A stretch of 63,503 nucleotides of DNA, counting the filler, from Asterionella formosa (taxonomy: Eukaryota), in NCBI GenBank assembly GCA_002256025.1. It is 10 parts of 10 records of this genome, joined end to end, with 100 filler letters (N's around TTAATTAATTAA, not from the genome) between each part and the next. Parts side by side here need not be neighbours in the genome. Positions count along the whole stretch, not along the records: positions 1 to 6,272 come from NKIB01012760.1; positions 6,373 to 12,640 come from NKIB01012761.1; 8 more parts are not named here. One strand, 5' to 3'. Within the stretch, counting starts at the first letter, position 1. Each line of letters begins with the position of its first letter. The notes beneath the pieces were generated by a model, which saw nothing but the letters and a program-made list of their open reading frames with translations, had not been told where the DNA came from and made no database searches. Shown here piece after piece: positions 1 to 11,570 of this stretch. A program made the translations under genes and the position numbers.

Positions 1-1
1 T

Positions 2-217
2 GGGAGAAAGATTGGTAAGGCCCTAGTCCACTGTCTTGAGGACATAGTGACGATGTCATGGGGCTATGACCGTCTGTATCTCCATGTGGATCTTGATAAT
101 GACCCTGCTTTGAAACTGTATCAAACTGTAGGGTATAAAGATGTGGGTAAGCGATGGAATCCATTTTGGGCCGGAAAAGCTGCAGAAATCGCATATTTTT
201 CCAAGAGACTAAAATAG
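2..217 (+). CDS. GNAT-family acetyltransferase, 3' end (5' part outside window)
   Basis: Frame 2 reads GRKIGKALVHCLEDIVTMSWGYDRLYLHVDLDNDPALKLYQTVGYKDVGKRW...KRLK*. This matches GNAT motif A end (GxGxxL) and motif B (LHV..N..A..LY...GY). TAG at 215-217. Confidence 0.8.
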   Translation, partial: GRKIGKALVHCLEDIVTMSWGYDRLYLHVDLDNDPALKLYQTVGYKDVGKRWNPFWAGKAAEIAYFSKRLK

Positions 218-411
218 CACTAGAGTCAAATCACAATTAACTTTACTTTCCGGTAGTCAATACTTGAAGAAAAAAACCGAATCTCATGAAACTCTAACCA
301 AGAATATATATCGACATTGATAAAAGCCGAACAATATCATGTAAGTCCAACCAAAATTATATAATAGACTTGATATATGTTGAATGAAAGGCAATTTAGT
401 TGTCTAATAGA

Positions 412-578
412 GGCCGATTTTAAAGTATAGTTATGCCCGACGGTCAACTTCCTGAACTCCGCCGATTTAAAAGTATATTACATGATGGTCGACAGACAAC
501 TTCCTTAACTCGGCCAATTTAAAAGTATAACACAAGATGGTTAACTCGGCTGATTTAAAAGTATTACACAAGATGGTA
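412..578. repeat. Four degenerate tandem repeats with core GCCGATTTAAAAGTAT
   Basis: Core recurs near 413, 460, 512 and 548, followed by related (A)CAAGATGGT/AACTTCC segments. Confidence 0.7.
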
Positions 579-614
579 AAGTGCCACTGTGACGACCTCT
601 ATTTACTTTCTCCG

Positions 615-696
615 CAACAGCGGTGAGATTCGAATTCACGCACACAATGTGCAATCGATTAGCAATCCATCGCCTTAACCACTTGGCCACGCAGTC
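615..696 (-). tRNA. tRNA-Ser(GCT), probably a pseudogene
   Basis: Reverse complement GACTGCGTGGCCAAGTGGTTAAGGCGATGGATTGCTAATCGATTGCACATTGTGTGCGTGAATTCGAATCTCACCGCTGTTG has a D-arm, GCT anticodon, long variable arm and TTCGAAT T-loop. There is one mismatch in each of the acceptor (T.T), anticodon (G.G) and T (A.C) stems. Confidence 0.8.
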
Positions 697-983
697 ATTT
701 AATTTGAAAAAGTCATGCAGAGTTTCGGCAATTTTATGCTTTGTTTCCTAATTTTCTCTACCATCTACATATATGTACCGGCAATCCCCACCCTAGCTAT
801 CGTCTTGCTTTTCGATGAGAACTGTGGTTGTCTAAGTAATTTTTGGTATCTTTAAGCAATTTTTTTAATTTAGGGGCAATATGGGGCATTGTGGATTTTT
901 CGGCAGTTAATTTTAAGTTTGAGCAGCAGGGAACGTCAGGAGTAGAATTTTCATGGGAAAAAGTTTCGGACACATCAAAAATG

Positions 984-1190
984 TGATAAGATGCTATCTA
1001 AAGACGAATTGGCCTGTTAGTGCCCTGCTGTAATGGTAGGTCCAACAAGTTGTGACTTGGCCCGTTCCAGCAGTACTTTTTACTAGGTTAGTATGTATCT
1101 ACGTAGATGGTACAACCACGTTGTACCAGTACCCATCAAGTACTATGGATATCTGATTCATCAGTTGGTGCGGTAAGCAGTAAGTCACCA
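984..1190 (-). repeat. 3' LTR of Copia element 1 (207 bp, TG...CA)
   Basis: Matches 6065-6272 except for a 3-bp indel and one substitution. Confidence 0.9.
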
Positions 1191-4100
1191 ATTCCCCGGA
1201 GAACCCGAGCAATCTTGTTCCCATATTTTATCACTCCTCTTGAATCAATAACCCAATAGTTTGATTGACCATTATAGAATAATGATGATGTCTCCACTGC
1301 TCCTTATCTCCTACTCATAAAGAATACAGGTGTTCTTCCAATGAACATAATCAAACCGGTCACTGACCTGCGTGTGATCTTGTCATGGGCATGATCTGAG
1401 TCAACAAACACAGTTCTCTTTAGGTAGCCAAACACTTTCAATACCCGCTCAAGGTGTCCTTTTCTTGGAAATGCAGAGAATCTTGACAATGACATTGTGG
1501 CATGTGCGACATCAAATCTCCCAATTGTTACTACCCAATTCAACATGCCAATTAACATCTGAAACTTTCGATGTTCGTCATCACTAAGTAGTGTGGTGTC
1601 ATCAAGTTCTGGATGATCATTTGCACTCATTGGAATTGTACTTTTGGGTTGCACACCAAACATCACCTCAATTCTTGCAATCGACTCTTGTATGTATTTC
1701 TTGCATCCAAAACACCACCTGCCCTTCTTGTCCTTCTTGAAGTCGTTCCCAAGGTAATATTCTGGAGGACCTTCAGACTTGATTGTATAGAGACCTGCTT
1801 GAATCCTTCCATTATTACTTCAGGAGTTTTCGACACTATCATGAAGTCATCTGAGTGGGTGCAGATATATTCATAGTGTGAAGTATCATTGCTAATCTTG
1901 TACCACACATCTTTGTCGTACCTAGTTGGCTGGAACCCCATTCCCCGGATCGTGTCCGCAAAATGCGCCCACCAACGCTCAGAGCATGATCTCAAACCAT
2001 ATAGTGTTTTTCGGATGAGAATGATTGATCCCCTCAACTCCTCTCCAAATTCTGGTCCAGCACAGCAGTATACTAGCTCATTAGTGTATGCATTGACATA
2101 AGCATTTCCAACATCTCTACAAAGCAGCTTCAAGTTCTGCTTGTGTGCAATCACATGTAGCATTCTAACTCTTATGCTTTTCACAGTTGAAGAGTAAATA
2201 TTGTTGTCAAGAGCGTCAACTAGAAGTCCGCCAGCCACAAGTCTTGCCTTGCACCGTAGATCTTGTTTGACGTCGATCACTGTCAGTGTTGTCCATTGAT
2301 ATCCGACTCCAGGGTTAAAATCTGGCTTCTTAAATTCAAAACATTCCATTTCGACAAGTGAGGAGATTTCACGTTTGATTGCCTCTTTCCAGAATGTGTT
2401 TCCACTTTGCTCGTCCAATTCCATTGCATGGGTGAAATTTTGTGGGACCTCAAAGCCATACTTGAGAATTTGCTTCCTAATCTTAGGATGCTTCTTCTTC
2501 CTTATGTCGCCATGCCTCACTGTGTACACCTGATCACATCCATCAAAATGATGCTCGTATAACCTTGCAATTCTTCGGACAGCTCATTTGATGTCTTGAA
2601 CTGTTTTCTTTGCCCATTGCATCACTCTATCCAGGCGTTTGGAACGACTGACATTATTGTCTACAATGTATTGTGCTGTCATGTTTGGATGGTCAAGCTT
2701 CAAGTCCTGAAATGATTCCCAGGAGACATTTTCAGTATCCCAGTGCACCTCCAACTCAAGTTGCCCGGCCTTCCAGCGATGTGCTCGAATATCAGTTACC
2801 CTGGAGCCACTCATCTTTGTTGCCTCTGTATGCTCTTCAGCTAGCTCATTATTGATCTCATCACACATTTCAATGTCATGTGTTGCGTCAAGTGGATCAA
2901 AGTCGAACTGAACATCATTGGTGTTGGATGGTGGATTTTTTGATTTGTTGTTGTCGGTTCTGTTGTAGTACATTGCTCCTCTCCCCCCCCCTGCTCCTCT
3001 AGACCCTTTGATGTTTCAATGATCTGAGGAGTAGGAGCAAAAGGAACTAGACGAATAGGATTGTGATCCTCTGGTTCATCTAGAGGTTCAGGAATAGGAC
3101 TGGTGGGAGCGTTCCTTTTGCATTTACGATCCTTCATTTTTGTTATTCTGGACTTGAGCGTAAGGTCACCATAAGGTACCTCTTCACTGTAAGGCTCAGC
3201 TGAAGTTTCCTTTCGTGGTCGAACAATATTACGAATGAGTTCAACAACTTTTTCCCAATTACCATCAGGACATGTCCAAATGCAATAAGTAAATGCATCT
3301 CCATGGTTCCATGCGATACCAACAAACCTTCCTAGAAGAAAGTTTGGGTTTGGGTACTTGGCTGTTGGCTCATAGTAATAGATTGCATGCCAGAAGGAAA
3401 ATCGAAACACATAAATGTCTGGAGTTCTTCCATAAAGTTTCACAATGGGAGTCCTCCAATCCAGTCCCTTATGTGCTGAATGATTTAGGCAATCAGTAAC
3501 CCACATCATGCAATAGCACCAGAACGTCAGTGGAACTTTTGCCAAGCATAGCTAGAGATAAAATAGTTCGAGATTTAATGTCCTGGATCTTGAGCTCTGC
3601 CTGGTTCTGGTTTTGGTTGTGTGGGACAGAATGGATTTGTTTTGTGATGTTTTCCCGGCTTGTTTTAGTCCACAATGTGCCAGACTGAGTTTGAGAGTTA
3701 TCAGTCAACAAAATGTTGGGAGCTCCAACCTCACATACAAAATCCTGGTACGCTCCATGTGAATGTGCCTCTCTAAACATACAACGTGCAACCAGAAATT
3801 GCGATGGAATATGAATGAAGAGTTGCACACATGAGTAGTTCTGGATAGACTTGATAGATGAGAAAAACTAATCCAAATCTGTCCTGCCATCAAGTCGATT
3901 AGGATGAAGAGGAATTAGACGCTTCTTTTGATGCTGTCTGGGTGCTTCTCTATTCTCCATTTCAACTGTTTGGGTGCAGAGCTGTGTTGTTGCTTCAAGT
4001 GTCTTCTTGGTTACAATCTCAGTTGAATTTCCAAGATGTTTCTCCCATAGAGTTGGCTCCTCTTCAACAATGCTTCCGCGTCCCCTCCTAGATGACTGCT

Positions 4101-6064
4101 TCATCAACTCAGATGAGTTGCTGATAATTCGTGGTGTCAACCAATGAATTGTGTGGGAGTTTGCTTCTTTGATTGTAGGTAGGCAAACATTGAATGCAAG
4201 AAGTTTTTCATCATCAGTGAACAATAGTTTAATCTGAATGTCGTCAACCTCAATGCATTGCAAACCGCCATCCCGTTCAGAAATGTCATGAACAATAACA
4301 TTATTACGCCTCATCACATGAGTGTTGATCAGCGCTTCTGTTTGTTCTGGTCTTTCATCAAAGGCTGCTCCCCCCAACCCAAGTAAATAGGTTTCTTTTT
4401 TTTCTGGATGTTCATAAGCAGTGACTGCATTGACAATTGGAAGAGTAGGTCCATCCATATGGGCCCCCCAACCATGCAGTTTTGCGCTCTTGCTCACTTT
4501 TTCCAGAACTCTCCAGCATCTGACTCCGCCAATGACCTCAAATTCAGTTCCTCCATCAGGCACAACCCTTGCTGCTTCCCCAGAATGCGTCCACATTAGA
4601 GTACTGGGTTGCAACATCCCTTTTTCTTTTTCCTGGGAGTCTCCTTCTTAGATTTCTTCTTTTGGGTACTTGTTTTAGGATTTATTTCCTGGTCACTATC
4701 ATCTCCATCATCCTCACTGTCTTTGTCATCAGAGTCCTTGATTTTCACATGAGGTGTAGCCGTATCGCATAATCCAGAAGCTGAGGTCTTTGTCCTTCTA
4801 GCCTTCTTCTTGTGCTTTCTTGTCTTTGGCTTGTTCTTGGAGTGGCATCCCTTGTCAGATTTGACTGAGTTGTCATCTTTCTTGGCATCTCCATTGGCGC
4901 CAGTCAACTCGTCGACATGAATTACCCTTCCTTCATTATTCCAGACACTTCTCCACTTAAATAGATCTTTCTTGATAGAATTGGATTTAATTGTATTGAG
5001 TAAGTGTGTGGGGAGTAAAGGAATTTGGTTGTCTTTAGATGATTTAGGTGTGACTCCGCCTCTACTTGTAGAAGTTGTTGCGTGCCTTGCCTTGGTGGTG
5101 GAACTCTCTCGTGAGAATCTTTCTAATTCCTGTTCTCTGCTCCGAATACGCTGAACACACTCATCAAAAGTCTTGTTGGTGTCACCACAAAGGTTCTGAA
5201 CACAAACATTATAGTCTTCATCCTCAATTTGATCAAGGAATTTAGTCCGCTTTGTTGCTTCAATGTAGCCTTCATGTTTATCTTCCAACTTTCGACTGCA
5301 GAGAATGATTGTGTTTATGTACTTGTTAGCTTTCACCTTATTGGACAGTCGAAAATCATTGAGTTGATTCCTGTAGTGATCAATAAGGGTCCTTGATACT
5401 TATGCTTTTCCATACCACATCTTTAATCCAGTCCAGGCATCATGTCCACTCTGGAGCCCATTTGCATCAATTATATGATGTGCAGTCCCCTTATACAGTG
5501 CTTTCTTCAGCATGTTGTATAATTCACGGTCACATGCCATACCTACTGTATCAGCTGGTACTGGCTTGCCTGTATCTGTCAAAAGTATTGCATATGCCGT
5601 CTGCCCAAGTGTTGCACCTGTACCAATGTACCATTCCTCCCAGTCGATTGGATCCCCGGAAAAATCCTTGAGTGCATCAACATATATTTTCGGGGCCCCA
5701 CGCGTAGGGTCTATAGGCATGGCTGGTACTGCTGGTACAACTGCTTGTGCCGCAGTGGCCATGGGCATGCTTAGTGTCACCATGACATTCTGCATAGTTG
5801 TTTGGACGTTTACGACATGTCCTCTTGCGAGAAATGTCCCAAGTCTTGCCAACTTGCGCCTAAGCAGGATAGAAGAGTTGGGAAGTAACTGGACGATGTC
5901 CGCTTCTTCGAGGACGGAAAGGTTGTCTGTATTTGTCACACCGGCGTTTGCAAGTGTTTCTAACTCATGTTGAGTCATTCCACTCAATTCCACCACTTTC
6001 GGATCCATCGTTCTACTAGTCACTCTTCGTCGGCTCATGAACTAGTAGACTCGGTCTCATAATC

Positions 6065-6272
6065 TGATAAGATGCTAGTATCTAAAGACGAATTGGCCTG
6101 TTAGTGCCCTGCTGTAATGGTAGGTCCAACAAGTTGTGACTTGGCCCGTTCCAGCAGTACTTTTTACTAGGTTAGTATGTATCTACGTAGATGGTACAAC
6201 CACGTTGTACCAGTACCCATCAAGTACTATGGATATCTGATTCATCAGTTGGTGCGGTAAGCGGTAAGTCAC
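6065..6272 (-). repeat. 5' LTR of Copia element 1 (truncated by gap)
   Basis: Near-identical to 984-1190. On the minus strand it is followed by the PBS-like GATTATGAGACCGA and the gag ATG at 6038. Confidence 0.9.
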
Positions 6273-6372
6273 NNNNNNNNNNNNNNNNNNNNNNNNNNNN
6301 NNNNNNNNNNNNNNNNTTAATTAATTAANNNNNNNNNNNNNNNNNNNNNNNNNNNNNNNNNNNNNNNNNNNN
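6273..6372. other. Artificial contig spacer (N-TTAATTAATTAA-N); also at 12641, 19007, 25369, 31730, 38087, 44442, 50797, 57151
   Basis: An identical 100-bp six-frame-stop linker recurs nine times. The contigs between them decrease in length: 6272, 6268, 6266, 6262, 6261, 6257, 6255, 6255, 6254, 6253. Confidence 0.98.
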
Positions 6373-6925
6373 ACTACAGAGAATCTAGGTCTTTCAATTC
6401 CAGGTAATGCAACTGCTACCAGATCGTTCTCAATGTAATCAAACGAGAGAGCAGAAACGCGTGTCCAGAGGACTCTTTGGATTTTTTGTTGATTTGAAAA
6501 TCCGCGCACCCGAAAATTGCAATAATTTACCAGTAAACAACAATCCGCAAAATTTCTTCCAGATGCATTGGGAAGCATGAGGGATGAAGCGGGAGCTGGG
6601 TCAAACTAATAGGGGGAAACACGTGATGATGAATGTCAATCATTCTGGGTGGGGTTTTCCTCTATTGCTTTCTGACTAATGTTTACGCGGTATATATTAT
6701 ATGCCGTATAATACCGGTATTACTCGTTCGATCACGGTGGAGGAGCGAAAGAGTACCGGTACGTAAGGACAAAGTACTACGAACGTAGACGAAAAATAAT
6801 CAAAACTCTCGGCGCAACCTTTTATGGCCATACATATAGTCGTAGGTTCGTAGCTATGTACCCGTATTCCCTATGTACCGGTGTAACACCTTCGACAATG
6901 CTCGCGATATGTACTTGTATAGAAC

Positions 6926-9900
6926 TGTTGAAGTATCTACCGGTAGTACTCTTGAGTAGTATATGTCTATACTTAACTCTCAGCTACCGGTAGCTATTTC
7001 TCGTGATCTACTTCTAGATCTTTAGTAAATGTCAGAAACTCACTTTCTGCTTTACTTTATTGTGAGCTTTCTACTAGTACTTAGAAAGAGCTCCTTCCTA
7101 AGATCCATTTTCGATCTTTCAACTTCTACTTCAATCATCTCATCATTGTCTTTACCAAAACAATTCTGTGGTCCCTGGGAGCCACATTTACTATAACACA
7201 TAGTTGGAGTATAATCATAGTTGCAGTCACTTTTGTGACTTGACTCAAATGATCCCTTCACTATTTGTCACTCTCCCTGATCTCTGGTCCAACAGTCCAG
7301 TGTACCGTTTGAGATATTAGATGCATGTAGATCATGGATTCTGGTTATGACATTCTTTGACAGAAGATCAGATAGATTCTTCTCCGTGTTGACATATTGA
7401 ACTCTTATGTCTCCACATTCAACTTTCTCACGTATAAAGTGATGTCTCACATCAATGTGTTTTGTTCGTCCTCCGACTTGCTTGTTCTTCGATAGGAATA
7501 TTGTGCCAGTATTATCTTCTGATATAATGCTTGGTGGTAGTTCAACAGTAGCAATTTCGTTTAAAAGATGTGCAGTGAACATTGTTTCCTTGGTCCATCT
7601 GACAGTGACACATATTCAGCCTCAGTGCTTGACAATGTCACAATTGCCTGCCCTTTTGATATCCAATTAACTAGTGCAGTACCGCCAATGGTTCCCAAAT
7701 AGGCACTCGTTGATTTTCTTGTGTCAGGATTATCACCAAAAGAGCTGTCAAAGACATCTTGTACACATAGTTCTTTTGGTGGTCTCAACTTCAATCTTCG
7801 ATTTTCGGGTTTAGCACAAATTACCCAAGTAGTCTTTCTACTGCGTTCCAGTGCTCATCACCTGGATTATCCAAATGTTGTGACGATTCTCGGCATGCAT
7901 TGGAACAAACAGGACCAATCTTTTTAACGTAGTATAGTAGCTTGCCTACCATAGATCGGTACACTTTATGCTTCACTGGATTCCCAGTTGAATTTCTCAG
8001 CGTAGTGCTGGGGAAAGCCGGAGTTGCTGCATCTTTTGGAAAATGTCCAAAGATATCTTTGAAATCGTCTTTCATACTACCTTGGACAAAACTTTCCATA
8101 CTACTCTCTAAGTAGCGTCCTGTAGAATCCTCTCCCCATTTGTACCGCACGCCCAGGTGTTTCTTCAATTGTCCAAGTTCTTTAATTGTGAAATATTTCT
8201 GTATCTCCTTCTTGAACACTCTAAATCGCTAGGCTTTCCGGCTACTGCGCAGTCGTCAACGTGTGAGGCAATTAGTAAGACTAATCTCCCATTCCGTTTC
8301 AAATAGAAAATACATGGGTCCACTTGACATTGAGTCAGACCAAATAATTTCAAAATTTCAACCAGTTTCTTAAAAACCTGCAAAGCTCACTGAAGTGTCC
8401 CATACATCGCTTTTTTGAGCAAGATGCATTAATTTTCGGTGTCGACTTTTGTTTCATAGCCAAGCTCTTCTATTCCTTCTGGCCAGCCAATATAGATTGC
8501 TTCGTCCATATCACCTTCTAGGAATGCCGCTTCCACATCAACAATTTCGCAAATCCATCGTTAGTTAACATCCTTGCTGTGATTATAGAGTGTGATTGCA
8601 AAAACTGTTCTTGTTGTTGTATCTGTTGCAACTGGGGCGAATGACTCTGTGAAGTCTACGCCAGGGATTTGTACATATCCCTTCACAATGTTGATACTTT
8701 CTCCCATAAGAGTCCTTGTGACTCATCAGAAAATTTAGCTTTCAACATTGCACTGACGCTTCTGTCTCTAATAGTCACAAATTTGCGTTCCACCATACCG
8801 TTTTGCTGTGGGGTGTGTAGAGCAGTAAATTTGATAGTGATATTAAGCCTGTCACACATTGAAGAAAGTCCCTTGATATTTTCCCCAGCATTGTCACATC
8901 GCAGGTACCAAATGATGTAGTTGGCATTGCGTAATTTAAGCAATAGTGGTTCCACTGTAGCCGCCATCTGCGACTTTTTCTTGACAAAGAAACTCCAGGA
9001 TTTTCCACTATATTCATCAACGACCAAAATCCAGTAAGTACTCCCGACAATACTAGACTTCTTGTAAGGGCCACTTATATCTGCACCTAAACACTCACCT
9101 GCCATAGTTGCTACTTTAGGTACAGCCTTTGATTTTGCTTTAGCCAAAGCACATCCCTCACATGGCTGTAGGGCTCCACTGGTCTCAATACCAATCAACT
9201 TCAATGTAGCACGCAGAGCTGCCTCGCTAGTGTGCCCGAATTTGTCATGTGCAACATTGATGTCCATACTTTTCTTAGTTGTAGGCTTAACAGGGTTGCC
9301 GGTCGTTGGTGCAGCTTCCTCGTTGTTGTCCTCTGTGGACAATGCTGTTTTGTTGCCGTGCTTTCTAGTACCATGCATATAGTAGAGCACACCATTGGCC
9401 TTGCTCTTGAAAGTTAGTCTGTCGTGCTCCCCTTCCTTGCGTAGATTCATCTTGTCCTTGAGAATACCAACCTCGAATCTCTCATTTCGCACAAACATAC
9501 CGACACTTAGTATATTCTTGTGGAAGGTAGGTGTATATAGGACCTTCTTCAGGAGTAGGACCTTCTGTGTAGCAGCATCAGTGAGGAGGATATCACCACG
9601 TTTGGTACATAAAATTTCCTCTCTATTGCCAACGATTACTCGAGTCTTGACTGTTTCGATATTTGTCATACCAACATCGCACGTAGTGATATGACTTGTA
9701 GCTCCTGTATCCGCTTACCATTCTTCAGTCTTGACATCATCACTCACTCCACAAAATTCGTTATTTTCGATTTTGTTTTTGAACTCATTGTCGCTCGTTG
9801 TCTTGATGAGTTTGATGCCTTCTTTCGCAGTTTCTTCGTCGTCATCGATCGTAATCGTCACCCCAACATACATTCCGGTTTCTTTGTCTTTGTCCTTTTC

Positions 9901-11139
9901 GTCTTTCTTATTTTTCTCAGGGCAATCTTTCGCAATGTGTCCAGCATACTTATTACAATTGAAACATTTGACTCCTTTGCCAACGGCTTCATCGTCTTTT
10001 GCTCGTTTCTTGTTCCCACCACCAGCAGTGTTCGCTTTTGATCGGCATTCCGCTGCCTTGTGTCCCTGCTTTCCACAGTTGCGACAGTTCCCTTTAAACT
10101 TTCCTCCGACAAACAAAGCCAATTCGTCTTCATTCTTGTCTGTTGTCTTGAACTTGCGCTTGTAGAACGCCCTGATCTTAGCCTTGATCTCCGTAAGCAT
10201 CACGTTCTTTACTCCTTCAACCATAGTAATGACTTCGCTGTACTATCCTGGAAGTTTGTCAATGATATGCGTGATAACTTCGGCGTCCTTTTTCTCGAAG
10301 TCGATATCAATCTGTATCATCCTGTTCCTGATGTTGTCTAACTTAATGAACCATTCATCAGGGTCTTGTTCCGTGTCCTTGAGGTTGCGTTGTTGAATTC
10401 TCCAGCAAGATGAATCAAATCTGATGCTTCGTTGGGCGCATACCTGTCATTAAGATTCTTCCATCCTAAGAAAGCATCGCCATCGATTAGGTCCTTCATC
10501 TTTGCATGGTTCACTAACCCAAAAGCGATTCCAGTACAGCTGAGGATTAAAAACTGGTAAGCCGATATTCCTCATAATTTTTCTACTCTTCGTCGTGCGT
10601 CGAAGTCAAATAGACCGCATCTGAGCATGGTTTCATGTCGTTGGCATAGGCATGGCGAAACCCCTTGCTTTTGGCCAGAGCAAGCGCCTTCACGCTCCAC
10701 TCATGTCAATGGTTTTCGTCTCCATCAAACTTGATGGTTCCGACTTTCTCTTCTGTTGTAGTCATGCTACTTATCTTTTGCTTTGTAGATACAAAGGTTC
10801 GTTTATACGTGTTGAAGTATCTAGTCCTCTTGAGTAGAATATGTCTATACTTAACTCTCAGCTAGCTATTTCTCATGATCTACTTCTAGATCTTTAGTAA
10901 ATGTCAGAAACTCACTTTCTGCTTAACTTTATTGTGAGCTTTCTACTACTTAGAAAAAGCTCCTTCCTAAGATCCATTTTTGATCTTTCAACTTCAACTT
11001 CAATCCTCTCGTCATCGTCTTTACCAAAACAATTCCGTGGTCCCTGGGAGCCACATTTACTATAACACATAGTTGGAGCATAATCATAGTTGCAGTCACT
11101 TTTGTGACTCGACTCAAACGATCCCTTCACTATTTGTCA
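6926..11139 (-). mobile_element. Copia LTR retrotransposon with both LTRs and 6-bp TSD; internally deleted and pseudogenised
   Basis: LTRs at 6926-7270 and 10810-11139 (TGTTG...TGTCA). TAGAAC flanks both sides (6920-6925, 11140-11145). PPT is AGGGAGAG. Gag starts at ATG 10765 and has two CCHC knuckles; protease DTGATSH is frameshifted; GAG-pre-integrase H..H..C..C and integrase DNAGE/NGMVER are present; RT has SHVDD; RNase H has TEAEY and RTKHIDVRHHF. The integrase C-terminus is joined directly to RT 'KGYVQIPGVDF' near 8680. Confidence 0.95.
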
Positions 11140-11570
11140 TAGAACCAGGTACCAGTTAAAAATGGTTTGCTTTGAGGCACTTAAGGTTGCGGCCCTCGGC
11201 TTGACCCTAGTTTGGAGAAAACGTCGCTAGGGTTGTAAAAACGGCATGGAACAGGGAGTTTGCTGCTATGAGTTCCCATGATTCGAGTGTCCATTTGAAT
11301 ATTTGAATTAAATAGGAGTCGGCGCCAGATAGACAGAGTTCCATTTTAAACAAAAAAAAAAGATATTTAAACGTTTATACTATATCTACGTTGCTGAATG
11401 TAGACATAATTTTGTTCCACGCCATAAACATATATAAATCAGGAGTATGCCTAAATGTATATTCATGATAATTTTTGTCCGTTTATATTGAATCTTTGTT
11501 ATTACTAATTTTACCTACCAAGTACCGGTACATTACATCTAATAAATTTAGTTCAAGTATGGCTGGCGTA

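Larger units (their letters stand above)
984..6272 (-). mobile_element. Ty1/Copia LTR retrotransposon (CoDi-like), decayed gag-pol; 5' LTR cut by contig end
   Basis: Direct repeats at 984-1190 and 6065-6272. Minus-strand ORF fragments run gag (5400-6038, 4596-5336), protease region, integrase (TDN...PHNQNQN.AE), RT (KARLVAGG, DVGNAY, LYGL, HSDD) and a partial RNase H (FVDSDHAHDKITRRSVTG). INT precedes RT, which is the Copia order. GGGGAAT PPT precedes the 3' LTR. Confidence 0.95.

Noticed and set aside
412..578. Possible CRISPR array next to a tRNA
   Set aside because: Inter-repeat segments are homologous to each other, so this is a decayed tandem repeat.
7052..7261. Paired small ORFs (7052-7261 and 10912-11130)
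   Set aside because: They lie inside the two LTRs and lack true ATG starts. Their similarity reflects LTR duplication.
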